Shown here: in pieces, positions 56,359 to 64,000 of the stretch
How positions within the stretch are numbered: the first letter of the stretch is position 1
Layout: each line of letters begins with the position of its first letter
The notes under the pieces: generated by a model
Database searches by the model: none
Told to the model about the DNA's origin: nothing
The model's input: only the letters and a program-made list of their open reading frames with translations
NCBI GenBank assembly: GCA_004431415.1
Contig: QPMI01000436.1
Location: forward strand, 496,001 to 560,000
Reading direction: 5' to 3'
DNA: 64,000 bases
From: Cyanophora paradoxa CCMP329
Taxonomy: Eukaryota; Plantae; Glaucophyta
Position numbers and translations under genes: made by a program

Positions 56359-59300
56359 CTAAGCTCTTCGAGATCCCTTTGCGGAGGCGTGGCCTTGTAA
56401 TTGTTGCGCCGCGCCCGAGGGGGCGGCGTGGCCTTGGTGCTGGTGGTGCTGGTGCCGTGCCGGGGAGGCCGGGGCCGGGGCGGCCGCCGGCGCCGCCGCG
56501 GTCGCTGCCGCCGCGCCCGTCTGCTGCTGCGCTCCCCCCGACGCCCCCGCCTTCTCCTTGTCGGCGGTACCCCCCGCGGGCCCGAAGGGGGGCCCGTCGT
56601 GGTAGACCTTGGTGATCTTCCCGATACCCTTCGTCTTCCCCTCGCGGAAGATGATCTGCGGGGAACGCGAGCCGAACTCGAATTCGAATTCGGAGCGGGG
56701 GTACAGGGGTGGGGGTGGGGGTGTACCTTCGTGCCGGCGTCGATGTACTCGGGGCGGTACAGGAACTGCGCATGAGGAACAAACCGTAAGCTCAAGCGGG
56801 GCAAGGGGCGTTCGTTCGAATTCGTTCCTTCGTTCGTTCGTTCGTTCCCCTGCGTGCTGTACCCCGGGGCCCGGGGAGCGTTCGTTCACCTTGAAGATGA
56901 CGGTGGCGCGGTCGCCTGTGCGGAGGATCTCCTTCGTCTGGATCTCCACGATGCTCGCCGTCTGCCGCACCGCTGCGAAGAGGGCTAAGCGAGGGGCGAG
57001 GGGCGGGGGGCGGGGGGCGGGGCGGCGGCGGAGGGCGAGAGGCGGAGGGCGGGGGAGGGTGGGGCAGGGCGGGCGGCGCGGCCGCGGCCGCGGCAGCGGC
57101 GGCGCGGCGGCCGAACAAAGGCTAGGAGGGGGGAGGGGGGGGGGGGGGGGAGGGGGGTGGGCGAGGGGCGGGCGAGGGCGGGGCAGGGAGGGGAGCGGGG
57201 CGAGGGGCGGGGCAGGGAGGCTGAGGGCGGGGCGGGGCGGGGGGCGGGGCAGCGGCGCACTGACGCAGTGGATGACGGGCTGGTAGTTGCGCGAGATCGT
57301 CGTCGGGTGCTTCAGCACCAGCACCTCCGCCTGCGCGATTGCGGGGGGTCAGGAGAGGTGGGACTCGGAAGACTCGGTGCAGGAAGCTAAGGGGCTCGTT
57401 GGGAGGCGCAGTTAGTTGGCTAGCTGGCTCGTTCAGTTTGTTGCTAGGGCGGGCGGCGCGCTGGGGCGGACCTTATCTTACGAGGGGGTCTTATCTAGAT
57501 AATCAGATGGTCTAGATCTAATCTAATTGATACGAAAAGATCCGTACAAGACCTAGAAAGAAGGGCAGGGGCAAGACTCGGTGCTGGAAGCTAAGGGGCT
57601 CGTTGGGAGGCGCAGTTAGTTGGCTATAGCTAGCTAGCTAGCTAGGCAGCTAGCTTGCTAGCCAGTTGGTCGGCTCGATGGGGCGGGCAGAGGCGCTGGG
57701 GCGGACCTGGAAGTAGCGTGCGGCGCGGGGGCCCTATCTAGATATCCAGCTGGACCTAGAGACCTTCAACAAGATCTCTATCTATCTCTCTACTCAATAT
57801 CCGTCCAAGACCTAGAGAGAAGCTTAAGAGCGAGCCCGGGCGGGCGGACCTGGAAGTAGCGCTCTAGGTGGTCTGGATGGAATCTAATACAAAGGGGTCT
57901 TATCTAGATAATCAGATGATATCTTATCTAATCAGTTAGTTGGCTAGGCGGGCAGACGCGCTGGGGCGGACCTAGGGCGGGGGAAGGGCAGGCGACGGAA
58001 GCACGGGACAAGACCTAGGAAGAAGGGCCGGGGCGGGGCGGGGCGGGCCTGGAAGTAGCGAGCGGCGCGGGGCTTGAGCGCCGGGTCCACCATCACCATC
58101 CCCTTGCGGATCGCGCCCCGCTTGATCTAAGATGATGAAAAGCAGTTAGAGGATATAAGGAAGGAAGGATATATAGAAGGGCGACCTTCTTGAGGGCGAG
58201 GCTGCAGGTCTGGCCGGCGACGGCGCGGCCCACGGGGACGCGCTTGTAGTGGATCGATTTCACGGAGACGGGCACGAAGTTCCCGGCGTCGTCGGGCCCC
58301 AGCAGCAGCGTCGCATTCGGCTCGATCACGCCGTTCATGACCGTGCCTGCGAAGACGCCAAGGGAAAGCAAGAGGTTGGGAAGCAAGAATCTAATCTAGT
58401 AGAAGGAAAGGATCGCTCTCGCACCGGCGACGACGGTGCCGACGCCGAGGACGCCGAAGGTCTCGTCGATGCGGAACTCGGCGGGCTTGGAGGCTAGCTC
58501 CTCCCACTTGTTCGAGGCCGGGAGGAGGTTGAGGAACGAGTGCAGGAGCTCCAGGCCCGCGCCCGTCACCTGAGAGAAGACGGGGCCAGGTGAGGAACGA
58601 TCTAGATGTTAGAATTTAGAAGCAGCGCAGGCGCCCAGGATCTTGAATAGATCTAGATCTAGATCTTAGATCTAGACAGGCCGGGGCCGGCCGCCGCGCA
58701 CGGAGGAGAGGGTGAAGACGGGGGCGACGCGGTCCGCGTTGTTGATGATGCTGCGCGCGAGATGCGAATTCGAAGTGAGTGAGCGGGGATAGCGGCGGAG
58801 AGCACAGGGGAAGATCTAGATGCAATGAAACATTTAACAGAGCGCGAGCAGAGAAAGACCGGGGCGCACTTGTGGGCGCAGAGGACGACGTCGTCCATGG
58901 AGCGGACGGCGAGGGGCAGCTTGCGGGCCCCCGGGCTCTTCAGGATCCGGAACACGTCCTCCAGCGTCTGCTTCAGCACTGCGAAGGGGACGAGCGTCAG
59001 AGAAACGTCAGATGTAGCTCTAGGAGAGCCAGAGGCGACTGAACGGATAGAAGACAGATTGGGTGGGTAGATGGAAGATGATCTAGACCTCAGATGCGAC
59101 CCAAGGACCCTCAGCAAGCCAAGCACCGTGCTCGGGGGCGATGTCGGTCTTGGTGACGACGACGAAGACGGGCACGCCGAGCGCCAGCGCGATCCCCAGG
59201 TGCTCCCGCGTCATCCGCGTCACCCCCATGTTGCCCCCGACCTGCGGGGGGGAGAAGAAGAAGAAGCAGGTGTGAGCAGAGCGAAGCGAGAGACGTGCCC

Positions 59301-61832
59301 TAGGGCGGAGCCGCGGCGTATTAAGGGAAGTGACGCCAAGCTAAGCTATGAAACGGGACCGAAACTAGTAGGCTAGGCACCGCGAAAGTCGGGCCCCGAG
59401 GGCAGGGCCCTTCTTCTTCTTCTTAAGGAGGCCCTTCTAAGGCCTCCGGGATACGAGAGGCGGCTCGGCTCCCCCCTTGGGCCCGGCGCGGCTGCGGGGG
59501 GCCCGGGCCCCGCCCCGCGGGGCGCACGGCGAGGAGGGGGTACAGAGCTGTGGCTAAGTGAGGAAGGCTCTGCGGGACAAGATCTAAATCTAGCTAGAGG
59601 AGGGGGCTCAAGGCTTAAGGAGAATTTCGCTAAGTACTGTAAGTCGGGAAATATTTAGTATACTGGATCTCAGCCTACTAAACCGGCCAAACCCCGGCAT
59701 TACTAATTATTTTGGGGTCTTAAATATTACCCGAATTACAGTAGTGGTTTAGCTGAAAGGATACGGTAAGATCCGAAGCGAGGCGGGGAGGGGCGCACTG
59801 CGACGAGGACGTGATCCCGGGGGGCCCTCTGCTTCTAGATGGATGCGGCGGGGCGGGGCGGGACGGGGCGGGGCGGGGCGCACGGCGAGGGCGCCGAGGA
59901 CCTTCTAACAGGCTTCTAACAGGCTTCTAACAGCTTCTTATAGCTCTTATAAGATGCTTCGAAAAAATGCTTCTAAACGCGGGGCGGGGCGGGGCGCACG
60001 GCGAGGAGGACGTAGTCGGGGACGTGGCCCGTCAGCCCGAACACCGTCGTCTTCAGGTACTTCTCTGCGGGGGAGGCGGGGGCGAGGGTCAGGGCGAGGG
60101 CGAGGGCGAGGGAAGGGGGGGGGGAGCAGAGCAGGGGTATGGGCAGGGAGCAGAGCAGGGGTATGGGGGGGGGGGGGAGCAGAGCAGGGAGCAGAGCAGG
60201 GGAGCATGGGGGCTTAGAGAGCTGGGGGTGAGGGCGAGGGCGAGGGAAGCGTGGGGGGGAGGGGGGTGGGGTTTCGGGGGAGGGGGGGGGATGGCGGGGG
60301 GCAGGGTAGGATGAGGCTGGAGGACGGGGCAGGGCGGAAAGAGTCGAAGACCTCATGATAACATAGAGATGATGATAGCGTAGAGCTTGTAATAGTCTAG
60401 AACTTATCATAGCTTGGAGTTTGCAGAGCGCACCGTGCCCGGCGAGGTCGAAGAAGGTGAGGGTCTTGGCGCAGGACTCGAGCATCTCCTCCCAGCTCAG
60501 GTTCCGGCCCCCGGGCCCGTGCTGCACGATGGCGTTGCCGTGGACGTCGAAGCCCATGATCTGCTGGCTCACGGACGAGGTCCGGCCTGCCGGGGGTAGA
60601 TAGAATCAGATGGATCAATAGCAGTTCGATGGATAGATAGCGACTGACTAACTGGACCTAAAGATAGATTTACTTCTGCACGCGAAGCGCGCGCACCGCT
60701 CTCGATCTCGTGCTTGTGGGCGAAGACGTTGGCGCGCGCGAGGCCGCGCCCGTTGTCGAGGGCGCCCCGCGTCAGCACCCCGATCAGGGTGCTCTTCCCT
60801 GAGTCGACGTTGCCCGCCACCGCCACGCGGATCTGCGCGGATCGAATCCGTAAGTCGGGCGGGCGGGCGGGCGGGCGGCCGGCCGCCTTCACGTGAAGGG
60901 CGGCGGGGCGGGTGCGGCGGGGCGCGGGCGCACGTCCAGGTAGCTGCGGAGAGAGGGGGCGATCAGGACGAAAAGGCGGAGAGAGGGACAGGCGCGCGCG
61001 GGCGCACCGCGTGTTGCTGACGAGGCGAACGAGGACCTCGGCGCACCTGCCCTCCACTCCTTGCCTGCCGGCCGCTAAGCAACGATGCGCGAGCCGTAGA
61101 TTTGAATTCGGAAGCGAAGCACCGCTCGCGGAGGACGTGGATCTCGGCCTTGAGCGCCTCGGCCATGCGGCGGAGCGTCTCGAGCGAGGCGGCGAGCTCC
61201 GCGTCCGGGAGCCCGCGGGCCGTCCCGTCGTCGTCGTGCCCGATCTGGTAGATCGCCTCGCCGAGGCCCTCGTCCAAGCGAAACTTCAGCTGCGGCCGCA
61301 CGCACGCACGCAAGTGAGCTCGAGACGATGCGCATTCGAGCAACTCGGCGGCGGGAGGCCACCTGCGTGATCAGGTGCTGGAGCCGCTCCGCCGACGGGT
61401 TTAGAAGCTGGCGCTTGTACTCCACGGGCCCGTCCTGCACGCGCAGCAGAGCCGGAGAAGGTCAGAGGAGCGTTGGGCGTCCGGGCGGCGCGGCCGCGGG
61501 CCGGGAGCCCCGTTACGTCTAGAAACGCCATGTACACGACAAAAGGAACTCGCCGCGGCGACAGTGCCGCCGCGGATACCAAACACTCAAAATCCGGGCT
61601 TTGAACCGGCCGGGGGCCGGGCATGCGGACGCACGTCTTTCTCCTGCGGAAGGTGCGGGTGGTCATCCGCCCAAAGGAGGTGCGCGTGGTCATCCAGATG
61701 CGGCGCCGCCGCGGCCGCGTGCCCAGTGGGCGCCTTGCCTACGTCGACCGCCATGCTGTGCTGCCCTGCTGGCTCGACGAGCATATTGGCGGTCAAGTTC
61801 TCGTTGTTCGCCGTCGCTGTCATTCTCGGCAT
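56359..61832 (-). CDS. GTPBP1/2: GTP-binding protein 1/2 (translational GTPase)
   Basis: GPVEYK...LITQ|[17 protein letters not shown]; [30 protein letters not shown]...HKHEIESG|RTSSV; TFFDLAGH|[13 protein letters not shown]; FVVVTKTD; [15 protein letters not shown]; [10 protein letters not shown]. Confidence 0.95.
59635..59743. mobile_element. Candidate MITE (Tc1/mariner-pogo type) with TA target duplication, in a GTPBP intron
   Basis: Left TA-CTGTAAGTCGGGAAATATTTA and right TAAATATTACCCGAATTACAG-TA form 21-bp TIRs with 2 mismatches around an AT-rich interior. Confidence 0.7.
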
Positions 61833-62199
61833 CGCTGGCTTCTGCTTCCTGCCCCATGTTGGCCCGGGCGCGTTTAGAGAGCTGCGGACGGCATGGCGGC
61901 GGGCGGGGACGACTGACCTAGTACTCAGGCCCCTTGTCGCGTCCCTCTTCGCGTCCCGAGGCCGTTCGTATGGGTTTCGTACGCCCGAGGCTCAGAACTT
62001 GGATTGCCCCCACTTCCGCCCCCCCCCTCCCTCTCCCCCCCCCCCTTCGATCGCCCCCTACCCCTGTTCAGGTACTTGCCACCACTTGGCAGTGCTTGCC
62101 ACTGAGCGCCCACCGCAGCTGGTAGCGGCACACTCTACGGAGCAGCTATAGGCGCCGCAGTCGCACGCCGGTTTTTGAATTCAAATATTAAGCAGCAGC

Positions 62200-64000
62200 A
62201 TGTCAGACGAATGGGAGGAGCAGCCGGAACAGATGCGAGCGCTGCTGGAACGAAAAGGCGGTCGACCGATCTGCGAGCTGTGGCGTAAGAAGTTGGCGCG
62301 CGTCCAGAAGAGGCGCGGGGGCAAGGAGCTGCGGACCTTCTGCAATAAGTGCGGACACACAACGAGTTACATCGACGGCAGCACGACAAATGCGATGAAC
62401 CACCAGAAATCTAAGCACCCGGACCTGCTTGAGCGGGTCAGTGCGCCGCCAGAGGACGAGCTCTCCGCTGATCATGATGTCGCGCGAACGCTGAGCTTGC
62501 TCCCTGCAGGAGGAAGATGATGCGGAGGACGATGACGAGCCTTTTGTGCGTTGCAATTTCTCCAGTTTGCGTCCGGGGCGAGCGGGCGTTGATTGTGATC
62601 GCGCGGGCGCCCAGGATCCGGAGGACGACGTCGCGGAATACCCGAGGGATGCGCAAGCGACGGGCAACTTTCGGAGCAGGTCAAAGAGTGCAAACGAGGT
62701 TAGCAATCTCGCTAGGTGCTTTTCAATTGCTAGGCGCCGATGTACCGTACGCGTGCCTGCGGCATGCGCAGCCCCAGGCGGAAGATGTGTACGCATCGGC
62801 TAGGGCTGGCGCCGTCAAAGGAAGGGGTCGGCTAGGGCTGGCGCCGTCAACTTCCACCGGTGATAGCGAGCAGGTTCGCACCACAAAATGAAATCCATTT
62901 CTTCTCACTGCAGACAATTTTGCCACATTTACAGAGAGCTGGAAAGAAAAGGAGTACTCAGGTGCATTATATGCCTCTGATTCGCAATCTCATTCTCTGC
63001 CCTCTAGTCAAGCCTCCGCAGGGCGAAGATACGGCTGCTGCTACCAGCTCGCCAAAGCGGCACAAAGCTGCTGCTTCGGGATCGTCTCAGGGCGACTGGA
63101 GCAGTGTGATGGACTTTCTGGGTGATCAGAAGAAGGTGAGGCTTGCTGAGGTTGTCAGCAGAGCAACATGAACACGCCAGCAGAAACTTGATGATGCCTT
63201 GAAGGAGGCCACTGCTGCAAAGAAGGAAGCCACGACTGCAAAGAAGGTTCTGAACTGACCACCACACATCTGAACTGATGTACATCTGAACTGAATGTGC
63301 ACAGGAAAGTGAGAAGGCGGCTAGAGAACTTGCAGCTGCCAAGCAGGCGGCCTCATCGGCAAAGGAGGAAACTGCCAGGCTAAGCAGACGGTTTGCCAAA
63401 GCTTCCCAGGAGATCAAGGAGATTGAGAACGAGAGGAAGACAGTGCGTACATGGCCTTGCATTGATGTCCTTTCATTGATGAGTCGACAACAGGCTGATG
63501 AGGATTTGAATAGGGCACGGGAGAAGGTAAGCTTGCATCATTTAACACCTAATAGGAGTGCTTACTGTTCTACATGCAGATCACGACCCTCAGGGACAGG
63601 CTTAGCAAGAGTGTGAAGGCAAAGGATGCAGCAGTGAAGGATGCTGCAGATCGGAGCAAGGAGATTCAGCTGCTTAGGGAGCAGCACACCACAGTGTGCC
63701 ATCAGGTATGTTTGCAACCCTTTGTTTGCATGCCATCTTTTGCTGATCGCTTGCTCCTTGCAGAAAGTTGCAGCAACAGAGGAAGCTGCTGCCTCAAAGA
63801 AGATCGCTGAGGCAGCTACAAAAGAGATTCATACAGTGCGCAACTGGTTGCTGAGGAGAAATGATTGCTGATGATTTCGAATAGCTCAGAGACTCTGTGC
63901 AACGTGCACACAACGACGTGACGCGACTCGACTCTCAGCTTGACAAGGTGAGATGGCGCGTTGGTGCACTGAGCATGTCCTCACTTTGCTTTCGTGCAGG
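62200..64000 (+). CDS. BED zinc-finger plus long coiled-coil protein, 3' end outside the window; possibly transposon-derived
   Basis: LW...FCNKCG..TSYIDGSTTNAMNHQKSKHP matches the BED pattern (W...CxxC...STTN..xHxxxxH). Many short introns separate Lys/Glu/Ala heptad exons. Confidence 0.7.

Noticed and set aside
1-64000. rRNA, tRNA or telomeric arrays
   Set aside because: None was recognised by eye; TTAGGG occurs only as isolated hexamers. A covariance-model scan was not possible.

Overview
GC-rich, intron-dense eukaryotic nuclear DNA. It is most likely from a glaucophyte alga (Cyanophora-like), inferred from an MPAFVxSVP-type plastid transit peptide. Most long six-frame ORFs are GC-driven artefacts, so genes were reconstructed by hand across many short GT/GC-AG introns and exon boundaries are approximate. 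About 18 genes are present: NCBP3-like, Bax-inhibitor/LFG, a Gly-zipper protein, an ODF3/SHIPPO-repeat protein, a myristoylated tandem M91-like metalloprotease (dead + live domain), a hybrid histidine kinase with two receiver domains, a TIR-ARM protein, a longin-like protein, a Gly-rich protein, a MYND-finger protein, a TM protein with a 30/60-bp-repeat-encoded Pro-rich tail, a MIU + methyltransferase-like protein, plastid FNR-like, a Sct1/Gpt2-type acyltransferase, GTPBP1/2 and a BED-finger coiled-coil protein. There is also a ~4.16-kb tandem duplication, a TA-flanked MITE and microsatellites. Most notable: (1) many introns are built from copies of their own splice junctions separated by palindromic CTAG/AAGCTT/AGATCT filler; (2) the intron-rich pseudoprotease-protease related to bacterial M91 effectors; (3) the TIR-ARM protein; (4) frequent GC-AG donors; (5) two divergent genes whose ATGs are 38 bp apart.
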